From Blasia pusilla (taxonomy: Eukaryota): DNA of 64,000 nucleotides. Below, piece after piece: positions 47,724 to 60,893 of this stretch. Where the stretch lies: positions 9,610,001 through 9,674,000 of the forward strand of contig CM114271.1 of NCBI GenBank assembly GCA_050084515.1, written 5' to 3'. A program made the position numbers and the translations under genes. Positions within the stretch are counted from its first letter, which is position 1; each line of letters opens with the position of its first letter. The notes under the pieces were generated by a model. That model was not told the origin of the DNA. It made no database searches and saw only the letters and a program-made list of their open reading frames with translations.

Positions 47724-48184
47724 TCACTCGTCATCGTCCGAGAGCTCTTCCATGATTACTGTCGGCCTTGCCCTCCCAATTTTTGGAATCGTGGGAAGTG
47801 ACGATAGTGTCACTATCAATGGTGGATCTGGAACCGGAGCTCTCGGCTTCAGATGAGAGTTGTACGCCCCAACTAGCCTGTCGTAATCTGCCTTTGCCTC
47901 CTTGCAAAGGTCAAATAGTTGCTGCCTTCCCTCAAGGCAGAGAATGTTCCTACCACTTTGCCAGGCGCCTCTGATACTCGCCCTTGAAAGGCCCACTAAG
48001 TCGAACACCAAGTCACCCGGCCTTGAGCAGAGCTCCATGAGCGTTTGCATCAGGGCTGCAACTTTTCCCTTCCTCCAAGTAAGGGGGTACTGTCTTGCAT
48101 GTAAATTCCCGGGGGGGGATTGTATAAACTATCTTAGCTATACCCATCGGAGCATGGATCCACAGGATCCAGGGTCTTAAACAC
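47724..48184 (-). pseudogene. cargo exon 4 of copy 4 (MTase-like motifs X/I/II)
   Basis: MQTLMELCSRPGDLVFDLVGLSRASIRGAWQSGRNILCLEG, open across the position that is a stop in copy 2. Confidence 0.75.
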
Positions 48185-48186
48185 CT

Positions 48187-49477
48187 TGTAATGTCTAAGT
48201 GTTTCTTATTTACAGTCAATTGTAGAGTTCGATCCCCAAGAGGATCATTGTTGGATGAAAAGAGAGTATAAAGTGATGATTATGTTGTAAAAGTGTAATT
48301 GATTATGTAATTCAAATGTAGTATTCCAGTAATATCTTCCGATCCTTTTTAGTACCTATGTTTTCTTCTTCAATTCTCTCAAGTGGAGTTTAAAGTACGC
48401 TCCGACAATTTGTTCTCTCGACATCTCGGAACCTCACAGAGACCTCAAGAATAAAGCTGGCTTCTCCTACTTTCGGAACTCAATCCGTCGGGGCAGGTTA
48501 CTCTCTGTCAAACATATTTCATACAACTTTATATTGATTATTCCATTGATGAGAAAGGTTTGCCTGATTCACTCTTCACTCGGCAGACCCAAAAAGAATA
48601 TTCAGACATAAGCATCGCACATCAGAATGAATGAATGAATGCTTTACTACTCCATCAAGAATTGGAAGACTTCAAAGTATATACAAGCTCGAGAGGGTAC
48701 AACTCTCTTGCTCGGACCATTCCTACAGCATAAGGACTTCATGAGCGAATGAGGATAATAGCTTCTGTCCTGTTTCTTAAATATTCTCGAGAGTAGGATC
48801 GTTTCTATGATCCAAAGCGTTCTTGATGAAGTTGGTGTCTCTTCAACATCTGTAACTACCTAGATCTATGGTTCTCTTAGCTTTTCCTACGATCCCTGTG
48901 AATCCGCTGATCGTAACTGTACCAACTGCCTATTTGATACAAAAAGTTGCGCCTCTTCCTAGTCTAACTGTTCTAACGATGTGCCGCTTGAAATCACTTC
49001 GGGTCTGAGCTTCGCTTCGCTGCGAAGTCTGGACTTCTTCTTCTTCCCTTCAGGACGAAGCTCTTCTTCTTGGTCTGAGGATGAAGCTCTTCCTCTTGGT
49101 TTGAGGACGAAGCTCTTCCTCTTCATTCTCTTCTTGCTTCGCTATTCGTGCTTCGCTCTTCGTGCTTTGCTATTCGTGCTTCGCTATTCGTGCTTCGCTA
49201 TTCGTGCTTCGCTCTTCGTGCTTCGCTTAAGAGCGAAGTACTTCGTATACAGAGCTTTGTTGAGCTTCGCGTTGATCCTTTATACTTCGTTACAGCTTTT
49301 GATTCTCCTCTAAGGCAAATCCTTGATCTTCCATCTCTCTGCCTTGTCTTAGGAGCTTGGTGATTCACTTATTCTTCTTCATAATAATCAATAATCATAA
49401 TCAAAATCATAATATACAAGAGTCTTTGTTGAATAAAAAGATATATTCTTCAAGAGTACAAAATTGTGGGTAACACA
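48187..49477 (-). mobile_element. probable solo LTR of family C
   Basis: Same start TGTAATGTCTAAG and near-same end as LTRs of 49617-60486; flanks rejoin MULE sequence; imperfect TSD CACCT/CATCT. Confidence 0.85.
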
Positions 49478-50858
49478 TCTCGAAGTTGTGCTCGGGCCGA
49501 ACAAAGCAATAAACATAGGAGTGGTCCATCTGTAAAGAAGCACGTTGGAAACAATTTCAGCAACAACAAAGAGCTACTTGACCACTGGTCTACTCTCAGT
49601 ATGGTGACATAATATGTGTAATGTCTAAGTGTTTCTTATTTACAGTCAATTGTAGAGTTCGATCCCCAAGAGGATCATTGTTGGATGAAAAGAGAGTATA
49701 AAGTGATGATTATGTTGTAAAAGTGTAATTGATTATGTAATTCAAATGTAATATTCCAGTAACATCTTTCGATCCTTTTTAGTACCTATGTTTTCTTCTT
49801 CAATTCTCTCGAGTGGAATTTAAGGTATGCTCAGGCAATTTGTTCTCTCGACACCTCGGAACCTCACAGAGACCTCAAGAATAAAGCTGGCTTCTCCTAC
49901 TTTTGGAACTCAATCCGTCGGGGCAGGTTACTCTCTGTCAAACAGATTTTATACAACTTTATGTTGATTATTCCATTGATGAGAAAGGTTTGCCTGATCC
50001 ACTCTTCACTCGGCAGACCCAAAAAGAATATTCAGACATAAGCATCGCACATCAGAATGAATGAATGAATGCTTTACTACTCCATCAAGAATTGGAAGAC
50101 TTCAAAGTATATACAAGCTCGAGAGGGTACAACTCTCTTGCTCGGACCATTCCTACAGCATAAGGACTTCATGAGCAAATGATAATGATAGCTTCTCTCA
50201 TGTTTCTTAAATATTCTCGAGAGTAGGAGCATTTCTATGATCCGAAGCGTTCTTGATGAAGTTGGTGTCTCTTCAATATCTGTAACTACCTAGATCTATG
50301 GTTCTTTAGCTTTTCCTCGATCCTGTGAATCCAGCGGTACAAAACAGTTCTAACTACCAATTTGATACAAAGGGTCGCGCCCTTTCCTAGTCTGATTGTT
50401 TAAACTATGTGTCCATTCGAATCACAATCATGCTGAGCTTTGCTGCGCTAAATTTCCGGAGGACGAAGTTCTTCATTCTTCTTCGTGCTTCGTGCTTCGC
50501 GCTTCGCTCTTCGTGCTTCGTGCTTTGGTCAAGAGCAAGGTACTTCGTATATAGAGCTTCGTTGAACTTCGTTAGACTTTGTTAAGCTTCGCTGAGCTTT
50601 GCTGAGCTTCGCGTTGATCCTTTATACTTTGTTACAGCTTTTGATTCTCCTCTAAGGCAAATCCTTGATCTTCCATCTCTCTGCCTTGTCTTAGGAGCTT
50701 GGTGATTCACTTATTCTTCTTCATAATAATAAATAATCATAATCAAAATCATAATATACAAGAGTCTTCGTTGAATAAAAAGATATATTCTTCAAGATTA
50801 GAAAATTGTGGGTATCACATACCCCCTCCCTCAAATGTGAGCCGCCCCGGCGAACACT

Positions 50859-52706
50859 TCATGATGTGTCTCCTATCTCCATAAAAGTGTCGTCTAAACT
50901 ATCAAATTCAGGGGTAGGCACAAATCGGCCGTGAATCGTAGAAGGTTTGTTGATAATGTTAGGGGTATGATTGCGCATTCTTTTTCGCGACTTGTTAACC
51001 ACTAAGTGACTCCCTAGGACTTCTTTCTGGACTAAGACATCAGATGGAGTGAATGCTGGTAATTCGTCAAGAGTAAGTGAAAGAGTGGGTACTACTTCTG
51101 GAAGAGACTTAGTATGATTGTCGAATTGGCGCTTCCAATGTTTGTTGATGTAGTCGATTTCCTCGTTCATCTGCTCTTCGAAGTTCTTGCTTGCTTTGTC
51201 GACGAGCTCTTTGACATCTTCCGGGTCAATATGGGCTTTGTTGAGTAGCTTCTGCTCTGCCTCCAAGAGTGCGATCCTTCCGGTAGCCTCCGCCCACTGC
51301 GCCAGTAAGTCTTTGTTCGCTTCTTGATGTTCTTGAAGCAACTTCGAAGACTCAGCATGTTGGATCGACAACTTCTTGAATTCGGTGTGAACCCGCCGTA
51401 TTTGATGTTGATACTTGTCAATGAGGTGCGAAGCTTCCTTGATCTGCGAAACTAACTGATCCGCCCCACATTCGAGGTTAATCGCCAAACTTTCCCATTG
51501 GCGTGCGTTCCGTGCTTCGTACTGACATTGGACCAAGTCGCTTTGAGCTTTGCGAAGCGTGGTCTTTGTGTCCTCGAGTTCCTGATCCCGTGATTTCAGA
51601 TTCATTTCTGCTACTTGACGCTGTGCTTTGTGGTCGGACGAATCTTGGGCTCTGCAGTTGAGGTCGTGCAGGCCTTCTAAATAATCATCCACGGACGCTG
51701 TATCCTCGAGGTGAAGAACCCGCTGGAGTTGGTTAATGACGGGAACTGCCAATTGCAAGAACCATATCATGTCGTCTCGCCGTAAATGCGACATGAGACG
51801 GCGCGAGTTGATGATCCCTTGCCCGCGGGGTCTCGTCGGAATCCTCCTGCATGACAGGCTCTGGGGCCGGGGGTGTTTCAAAATTGACCCGGCCTCGCTT
51901 TGGCCGAGGCATTTCGTTGGTATCTTCGTCTTTCTTCAAAGTCGAAGCATGAGGATGTTGCTGAGGTGCTTCGGAGGGCGGGATGACTTCGCGGCTACCC
52001 ATGGTACTAGTTGCGCCTCTCCGTGGGAGTCGGACGGGGGTCACTTGCGACCAATCTAACGCCTCCTCTGCGGTTAATTCCTGCTTGTGAATATAAAGAT
52101 GGATCAAGAAAGGAGATAGGAAGGACTTTGTGCTAGGATGAAGCACGTCCACCATTCCTCGTACGTGCCCGTCCACAAAAGCAGCAAAGTCGACTCCTGG
52201 GACTTCGGGGTCAAGGTGCTGATTCCAGATGATGTAGCACATCTTCAAGAGCTTGTTCGTCAGATAGTAAGAACGAGCGGGATAAAACAGGGTCATCAAA
52301 TGTTTGCAAAACTGACCAAAGACGGGCGGAGAGAGTGACAAAGCCTTGTAGCCGTTCTCGCCAGCGCTCGAGGCGTGACACGGCCGAAGTGCTAAAAGAT
52401 CTTCATGTTTTACTAGAAACTCCGTGTCATACTCGTACTCTAGCGCAGCCGGGAGCAGATAAGTTGCTCGCCAGTCGTCCGCCGTCCAATGTTGGGGCTG
52501 AGCTCGATACCGAAGACCCTTCTTTCAAAACTTGGCGACGGAAAACGCAGAGCGAAGCTCGCCCAGGAGTTCTCCGGATGTTAAGGTCCAGTTGGCTTGA
52601 AAGAAAGTTGCCAACGATCGCTCCTCGAGCGCCGATCGACTCGTGATGACTTGACCATCGGCATCGCCGCGCTTTGCAGAATGGGTGTGGAGTCTTCGCG
52701 AGGCAT
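50859..52706 (-). pseudogene. extra 3' ORF of family C (globular N-part plus coiled-coil C-part), function unknown
   Basis: ORFs 50859-51881 and 51733-52341 plus upstream MPREDSTPIL; protein-level homolog at 43070-44543. Confidence 0.7.
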
Positions 52707-53087
52707 GTTGCTAGGTCGATCTCGATGGACACCCGGCTTTGGCCTGCTACGCAACTTTGTGGTGATCCCGTCCATGAAAATACCCGCTTGGTTACGCCGG
52801 ACTGCTCTTATAGTCCGCTCCCCCCGTGTCCGTTCTTGGTCGTGGCGCCGAGGCTGTAACAAGAAGGTGGGCGCTTTGCGTCTTTGCCACGCTCCCCCTT
52901 CCTCACTTCCTACGCTTCGCTGCTTCGCGAAGCATGGGATGTCTGGAACCTCGGTGCTTCGCTGCTTCGCGAAGCACGGTATATCTTGAACTTAGCGTTT
53001 TCGCGACTTTTGCGGCTCGGTATGTCTGAACCGTGCTTTGCTACTTTTTGCGGAAGCACGGGCGTTGCCTACCCCCTTCCTCATGTT

Positions 53088-56000
53088 TCAGTTATCCTCA
53101 GGTTCGGGCTCATAATACCGGCGCACATGCATTCCATTGACTCGCGTGGGCAGGGATTCTCCTTGTAAGGTTTCTAATTGGAGGGATCCATTATCATAGA
53201 TGGCCAATACCCGGTAGGGTCCCATCCAATTTAATTTTAATTTTCCGGGGAACTTTAGTCGCCGGTTATCATACAATAGCACTAAGTTGCCAACATTGAT
53301 AGATTGTGGCCAGAGATGTCGATCGTAACGTTTCTTACGTTCTTGTTGCACTTGGGCTGTCCGGCGTAACGCGAGCATGCGTGCTTCTTCCAAATCCACT
53401 AGGGTCTCATTCCTGTGTTCGATAACTTCGCCCTCAGCTTCCGTTCTTGTGCCCTCCAATACCCGATAAGTGGGCAACGCCCATTGAATAGGTGTTAAGG
53501 GATGTACGCCATAAGTCAGGAAGAACGTGGTGTATTTTGTCGTCACCTTCTCGGTGTTGACGCCCATAATCTTTGGGGCAATTTTGTGTCCCAATCATAG
53601 GAATATGTTACCGTTAATCGATTCAATATATTCGCAAATGAGGCCGTTCGATTTTTCCGTCAACCCGTTGGCTTTAGGGTTGTAGGGAGTGGTTTTCCGA
53701 TGCTTAATGAGAAAGTGGGAAGTGAGAGACTCAATAGTCTGGTTCGGGAAGTGCGCACCCGGTCACTTACTAGTTCCAACGGATGACCATAACGCAGTGA
53801 TAATCATCTCGTATAAAAACTTAGCCATCGCTTCTTTGTCATCTTTCCGTGTGGCTCGCTTCAACCATCTTAGTACTGATGAGTCCGTGGCGATAAGAAT
53901 ATACTTCCGCCGGGTTTGGCGAGTGGCCGGGGAGATAGGGCCCACAAATTCAATGCCCCATTTTTCAAAAGGAGCTAGGGGCATGATGGGGACCAAAGGC
54001 CACCGCGTAGTCGCCGTGGGTCGACCTGCCCTTTGACAGGCATCACAACTCCGAATAAAATTACCTACGTCTTTGTACATAGTCGGACACCAATAACGTG
54101 CGGCCAAAATTTTCTTAACGGTATATTTTACCGCATAGTGTCCACCGGAATCAGCCATATGCAGGGCTCTGATGACCTGGGGAACCTCTTCAGCTTCTAA
54201 GCATCTTTGATGCTCTTCATCAGCACCTAATTTGAATAAGACCCCTTGACAGATCTCATAAGGGCCTATCCGATGTAAAAAAATTGCGCGTTCTTCCGCT
54301 GTCATCGGGGTAGGAAGTCGCAGAGTCATTAGAAACCATAGAATATCCTCATAAAACGACTGGCTCAACCGTTCCTCTGTTACCTGGAACAGATCTTCAT
54401 CGGGAAAGGTACCATCGACAGATTGGGTGAGGTCCGCGTTTGTCATCCTCAACCGGGAAAGAAAATCGGCATTGGTATGCACCTTGCCGGCACGGGTCAC
54501 AACATCGAATGTGAATTCTTGTAGCAACAAGATCCACCGTGCAATGCGTCCTGACAGGTCGGCTTTCACCATTAAGGGTCTGAGTGCAGAATGATCCACA
54601 TGAAAGACAAATTTGTACGTCGGAACTTTTTACACGAGAAGACCATGCCTAACGCCTCTCGTTCGGTGGTTGTATATTTCTGCTCTGCCGCCGATAGTTG
54701 TCGGCCGGCGTAGTAAATTGGAAAATCATGTTTGTGCTCATCCAATTGGCTGAGCACTACTCCAATGGCAAATGAGGATGTGTCCACATATACGTGGAAG
54801 GGTTTGGTCCAATCGGGGACCGGCACGAGAGCCTTTTGCAATGCGTCTTTTAAGGTGTCGAATGCCACTTGGCACGCTGGTGTCCACTCCCATTCGGTGG
54901 TCTTCTTAAGTAATGCAGTAAGAGCGCGCGCTTTTACCGCGTAATCTCTAATAAATCGTCGATAGTACCCGACATGTCCCAAGAATCCTCTCAATTCCCG
55001 GTGATTAGTGGGTGGTTCCAATGCGACGATAATATCCACCTTGGCCTTGTCGACCTCAATTCCTTGCGCCGGCACTCGGTGTCCCAACAGAATTCCTTGT
55101 TTCATAGCGATATATGATTTGTCCGGATGAAGGGACAAATGCACTTCACGACAGCGTGCGAGTGCTAACTCTAACTTTTCCAGATGTTCGGCCTCCGTGC
55201 TAAAGATACAAAAATCGTCTAAAAAGATTTCCACGAACTTCCGAAGATACTCCTGGAAGATGGAGATCATCATCCGTTGGAAAGTAGCTGGGGCATTGCA
55301 CAACCCAAAAGGCATTACGCGATATGCAAAAGTTCCCCAGTCCGTCATGAACGTTGTGAGGGGACGATCCTTTTCTCGTATGGATACCTGGTTGTACCCC
55401 GAATATCCGTCCAAGAAAGTATAACGCTCGTGCCCGGCCACTTTATCCAAAATATTGTCAGTGAAAGGTAGAGGATGGTGGTCTTTTAAGGTGGCCGCAT
55501 TTAATTTCCGATAGTCCTGGCACACTCGGATTTTGCCCGTTTGTTTTTTAGGCACAATTACGATGGGCGACACCCACTCGCTGCTTAACACCGGATAGAT
55601 TATTCCTGCCTCGAGACGCTGATCGATCTCGTCCTTGACTAACAATGAGAACTTCGGATTCAGTAGATATTGTCGCATTCGCACCGGAACCGCCCCTTCT
55701 TTAAGATCAATTCGGTGTTCACCATATTGTGCGGGAATGCCTGTCATTTCATCCATGGAGTATGCAAAGACATCCAAATACTCAAACAGTAGTCTTTTAT
55801 ATTTTATAAGTGTGGTGGGAGACAAATCCAAAAAGGCGTAGAGACTTTGATGCAATATTGACCTGGGCGTAGTCCCGCTCCCGAACCATGTTTTTCAGAA
55901 GCGGAAGGTGCTATGACCTAGCTTCTCTTCCTTCTCAAAGTCGACCTTGGCTTGGAGGGTACCGCCTTCTCGTCTATTTCATAACATTCTAAATAATATA

Positions 56001-56528
56001 CATTGGGCGAGGACTCGATGAGCGGTGGTGTTGTCTTGATCGACGTATAGCCGCCGTCGGTCGGTGGCGTCTCTCCTTGGGGTGGTCGAGATTTCCACGA
56101 CGACTTGATGAGCCGCTTCGAGTCCTGATTCGGCGCTTGAACGTGAAACGTCGCCTTCCCAATCTGTAGTCACCCTCGCGCCATACAGCCAGGGTCTTCC
56201 GATGAGCAAAGGATAGCCCGTCGCGGTCAGGGGTTGCAAGACTAAGTAGTCCAATAGAAACAACACCCCCCCGAGCATGGTCGGAATTTGCGTGAGTCGT
56301 CAAGGGTCTCTTCGGGATTGATCCCAAAACCGCAAGTACTTGTCTCGTGGGCTCGTACACCGTGTACCCTAGGGCCCGAGTTGTTTGCTCCGTCATAATA
56401 TTGTTTCCGCTTCCGGAATCAATGGGGACCTTCTTAATAGTATGGCCCTCAATCTCCACCTCCACTTCTGGGGCTCCCAAGTCTTCTACTTCGATGCGGA
56501 ACAAATCCACCATTGGCAGATGCTTCAT
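53088..56528 (-). pseudogene. pol: pol of family C (PR, RT, RNase H, integrase with GPY motif), frameshifted
   Basis: VPIDSGSG; RVCQDYRKLN, LDGYSGYNQ, MPFGLCNAPATFQR, FLDDFC; VYVDTSS, YTTTEREALG; H..GGH..CDAC; LNWMGPY. Confidence 0.95.
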
Positions 56529-56667
56529 GACTTTCTGGGTCTTTTTGCGGCTGATTTTCCCTTTCTTTGCAAGATTTTTTTCAGATATCTTGGGTTATCC
56601 ATTAGCAATCAGAAAGGGGTTATGTTGGCCGGGGTTGACGCCAAGTTCCTCAGTAAATCGTAAGCTT

Positions 56668-58460
56668 CTAGGACAAGGGTGATGTCGCCATGGCTTGGAC
56701 TCTCGTACTTGGTTTGGCCTTTATCTTCTCTGGGGTCTGTTTCCCCTCTAGTTCCTGGGCCTCCCAAACTTGAGCACGGACCTGGTCCTCCACATCTTGA
56801 TGGAAGTATTTCGGATGACTTCGGTCAAAGGCCGGGTCCACATCGCCTTTGAGGATGGCCTTCCCAGCACGTAAGGTGTTCACATCTTTGTTCTTGGGCT
56901 CCCTAGCTTCGCGCGAAGACGAAGCACCCTTCTTTACCTTTGGGGTCCCCGCGGTCTAACTCTTTGATCTCGTGGTGACCGCCAACACAGTTTCTTGAAA
57001 TTCTTTGGGCTAGTCCGATGATTCCTCGTTGGTCCCTTCGGTCGAGTCTTCCTCACTGATGGTGACTCGCTTTGGTCTCGGGGACACTACTTCTTCCACC
57101 CGGACCAGTTGTACATTTACATCGTTCTTGGGCTCTGGTTGAGCCGCGGGAGTATTTACATATCTGACCAACAAACGCGGGACCTTGGGCTCCGGGCATT
57201 CCACGGCAGTGTGCCCGCCCTTCTTGCAGTTCCCGCATAAGGGATTGAGTCCCACTGGTCGCTTTGGGTTTGGGCAATTATTGGCCCAATGGTCTGCTGC
57301 GCCGTAGTTATAACAACAATTTCTTTTGATGGGTGGTGTGAAGGCCGCCGCACCCATAATCTGTCTCAGGGGTCTCTGTTCTCCGTATTCCGGAGGTACA
57401 TACCGCGTGATCCAGCTTCTCCCAGGGTTTGGGGGTGGCACCGCTTGAACGGCGTAGCACCCTTCCCACTATTCTGGTTCATACCATCCTTCTTCAATAG
57501 GGGCCTCTTCCTGGACCCACCGCAGATCCCTCTGAGTAGGGCATTCTTGTATAGTATGCCCCTGGGTTCCACAACTACTACCCCAAATGTTGGGCCTCAT
57601 CAGCCCGGGTCGTCTTCTGGGGTCCTTCTGGGCCGCCAGATGTACCTTCAACTCAGCCATTTGTTTACTGAGTTCCTCCATGGCCGACTTGCCGGCCTTC
57701 CTTGCCGTCCCTCTTACTGGACTCTCCGACCGCTGAGGACGACGCTTGGTACTTGGTCGGGTTTTGGTCTGGTGCTTGGGGAGTGATGACGCCTGCTCTT
57801 CCCTTTCCTTTTAGCTTTTACCTCCTGCTCGAGTCCGAGGACTCGGACAAATCCTCTGTAGAGGATTCCGTGTCGGTGGAGGACGCTTCGTCTTCGGACG
57901 AAGCACTAGTCTGCAACGCCCCTCTTCGTTGATGACGCCGTCTTCTTGTTCGGTGGGACTTTTCTGAGGCTTCGTACGCCTCAGCAGAGGCTATGACTGC
58001 CTCCAGGGAATCCCGTTGGCCTCTCGAGCAATACCAATCCATTTCTTTGGACAAGCCGGACACAAACCAATCTACCAATTGGGAGGTAGTCGTGTGTTCT
58101 AGCTTATTCACAAGGATCCAGAACCGTTGGGTATATTCCCGGAGGGTCTCCTTCTTTCTACGCTTCAAGTTGCGAAGCTTGTAAGAAGCCTTTCCTCGAA
58201 CTCCAAGTCGCGGAACTCATGTAGGAAGGATTCCAAGACCCTTTTCCAGGTTTCCGTGACTTCTGCTCCAAGACCTCTATACCACTGGCTTGCTCGCTTC
58301 TTGAGCAGGCCCGGAAAGACTCGTAACAAATCCTCCTCTGCCCCTTCCCCGTTGGCTTTTGCGACATGGGTGAATTCAAGAACAAAGTTATCCACATCGT
58401 CTCGTCGGCCTCCAGCAAAGGTGGGGTACCTTAGCAGAGTTTTTCTAGTGTTGGCCATGG
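56668..58460 (-). pseudogene. gag: gag of family C, frameshifted
   Basis: YPTFAGGRRDDVDNFV..ASQWY, KETLREYTQRF, knuckles including CGNCKKGGHTAVEC. Confidence 0.88.
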
Positions 58461-60893
58461 GAACTGCTCTCCTGCTGGCTCCCGGGCTTGATGCTCGAGA
58501 GGGAGGAAGTAAAGGTGTTTCCCGAGGTGCTCTGATCGGCTCCTCGCTCCCTGACTCCCCAAAGGGGTCCCAGGACGACTCTTCGTCCGACTGCGAACTT
58601 GCAGGGGGCGTAGTGGAGAATTTGTCCCTTTCTTTCTTCTTGCTCTTCGCCGCCGGACGAGGATTTAAGACTCGGAGACGAACCCGACGGTCTCAAGCCG
58701 GTTCTTTGTTCCCTCGCTATCTGCGCCCGATCGGCTCATTTGCTCTCGCGAAGAGGGTTGAGAGCCTTCCATAAGTCTCTTGGGGGATTTGGCAACTTGC
58801 GTTCACCCCCAGGGTGGCGATAGGGTAAGGGTCCATGGATGGAGGTTAACTAATGATTCTTTTTACACCTACAGGAGGGTGCCTGGTGCTCCTACGCTTC
58901 CTGCCAGGTTTTCCTCCCATAGACAGAAGTATCGGGTTTTCACCAAGTACAACTATCGTCCATGGGCGAAGCACCGTCCGTTCATTGGTTCTTTGACCAT
59001 TCTAATTAGTTGGTCTATCTTCTCTAGCACCAATGCAGCAACTGTATTGTTATCTTCAAGCATACATTGTCTTACGGGGGTCGCTAGAGCTAGCTGATGG
59101 TCTTTAGTAAGAACTAGAATGTGGGGTTTTCTAGGAGCGAAGCTTCTTTCTCCGTTCCCTGCTTCCCCATGGGTCTTTCTCTCCCTTCTCAGCCAAGGGT
59201 ATGATCCCCGGTAGCGGCGCCAAAAAGTCTTCGACTATATGTAATGTCTAAGTGTTTCTTATTTACAGTCAATTGTAGAGTTCGATCCCCAAGAGGATCA
59301 TTGTTGGATGAAAAGAGAGCATAAAGTGATGATTATGTTGTAAAAGTGTAATTGATTATGTAATTCAAATGTAATATTCCAGTAACATCTTCCGATCCTT
59401 TTTAGTACCTATGTTTTCTTCTTCAATTCTCTCGAGTGGAATTTAAGGTATGCTCAGGCAATTTGTTCTCTCGACACCTCGGAACCTCGCAGAGACCTCA
59501 AGAATAAAGCTGGCTTCTCCTACTTTTGGAACTCAATCCGTCGGGGCAGGTTACTCTCTGTCAAACAGATTTCATACAACTTTATGTTGATTATTCCATT
59601 GATGAGAAAGGTTTTCCTGATCCACTCTTCACTCGGCAGACCCAAAAAGAATATTCAGACATAAGCATCGCACATCAGAATGAATGAATGAATGCTTTAC
59701 TACTCCATCAAGAATTGGAAGACTTCAAAGTATATACAAGCTCGAGAGGGTACAACTCTCTTGCTCGGACCATTCCTACAGCATAAGGACTTCATGAGCA
59801 AATGATAATGATAGCTTCTCTCATGTTTCTTAAATATTCTCGAGAGTAGGAGCATTTCTATGATCCGAAGCGTTCTTGATGAAGTTGGTGTCTCTTCAAT
59901 ATCTGTAACTACCTAGATCTATGGTTCTGTTAGCTTTTCCTACGATCCCTGTGAATCCGCGGTACAAAACAGTTCTAACTACCAATTTGATACAAAGGGT
60001 CGCGCCCTTTCCTAGTCTGATTGTTTAAACTATGTGTCCATTCGAATCACAATCATGCTGAGCTTTGCTGCGCTAAATTTCCGGAGGACGGAGTTCTTCA
60101 TTCTTCGTGCCGTTAGCCGCTCCGCTCCGCTCGCGCCGCTCTTTCGCCAAGCTGGCCAGCTCTTCGCGCTTCGCTCTTCGTGCTTCGTGCTTTGGTCAAG
60201 AGCGAGGTACTTCGTATATAGAGCTTCGTTGAACTTCGTTAGACTTTGTTAAGCTTCGCTGAGCTTTGCTGAGCTTCGCGTTGATCCTTTATACTTTGTT
60301 ACAACTTTTGATTCTCCTCTAAGGCAAATCCTTGATCTTCCATCTCTCTGCCTTGTCTTAGGAGCTTGGTGATTCACTTATTCTTCTTCATAATAATAAA
60401 TAATCAAAATCAAAATCATAATATACAAGAGTCTTTGTTGAATAAAAAGATATATTCTTCAAGATTACAAAATTGTGGGTATCACAATATGCAACACGTC
60501 CGCAAAGAACTTCGCATTATAATCCTAACATGGGAGCAACTTGTCGGAGTCCGAGGGGTTGTTTTACAAGTGTTAGTGAATTTTTTGTCCATGAGCAACC
60601 CGTCAGAAGGCAACACGTTGCTGGCTTAGAGCAGCCCATGGTTGGCTAAGAGCAACCCGTCGCTTTCAGACGGGTTGCATCATTCCAAAAAATTGCAAAA
60701 GCATTAGCACTTGCAACCCGTCGGGTTCCGACGGGTTGCATTCACCCAATGGAGACTTGTAGTAAATTTGCAACCCGTCGATTCCAGACGGATTGCACCA
60801 CCAAAGTCTCTAGCTCAAACAATCCGACGGGTTGCATGCAGAGATGCAACCCGTCAGAGAAAGACAATTTGGATACAAATTTAGAGCCCTTAC

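Larger units (their letters stand above)
49617..60486 (-). mobile_element. full-length Ty3/Gypsy family C element (non-chromovirus, Athila-type PBS), 10.9 kb
   Basis: LTRs 49617-50819 and 59240-60486 (TG..CA), perfect 5-bp TSD ATATG, PBS TGGCGCCGCTACCGGGGA 59205-59222, PPT GGGAGGGGGTA 50820-50831, gag-PR-RT-RH-INT order. Confidence 0.97.

Noticed and set aside
49136-49226. 14-bp GCTTCGCT(A/C)TTCGT tandem repeat as a separate element
   Set aside because: A variable-length internal part of family-C LTRs, present in shorter form in the other LTR copies.
50859-52706. env gene call for the extra ORF
   Set aside because: No evident signal peptide or transmembrane helix; position alone is insufficient.
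52300-58500. Programmed frameshifting or true inactivation inferred from the many frameshifts in the full-length family-C element
   Set aside because: LTRs are very similar and the TSD is perfect, yet small indels and garbled patches (e.g. 50300-50340, 60110-60165) look like long-read consensus errors; this cannot be resolved without reads.
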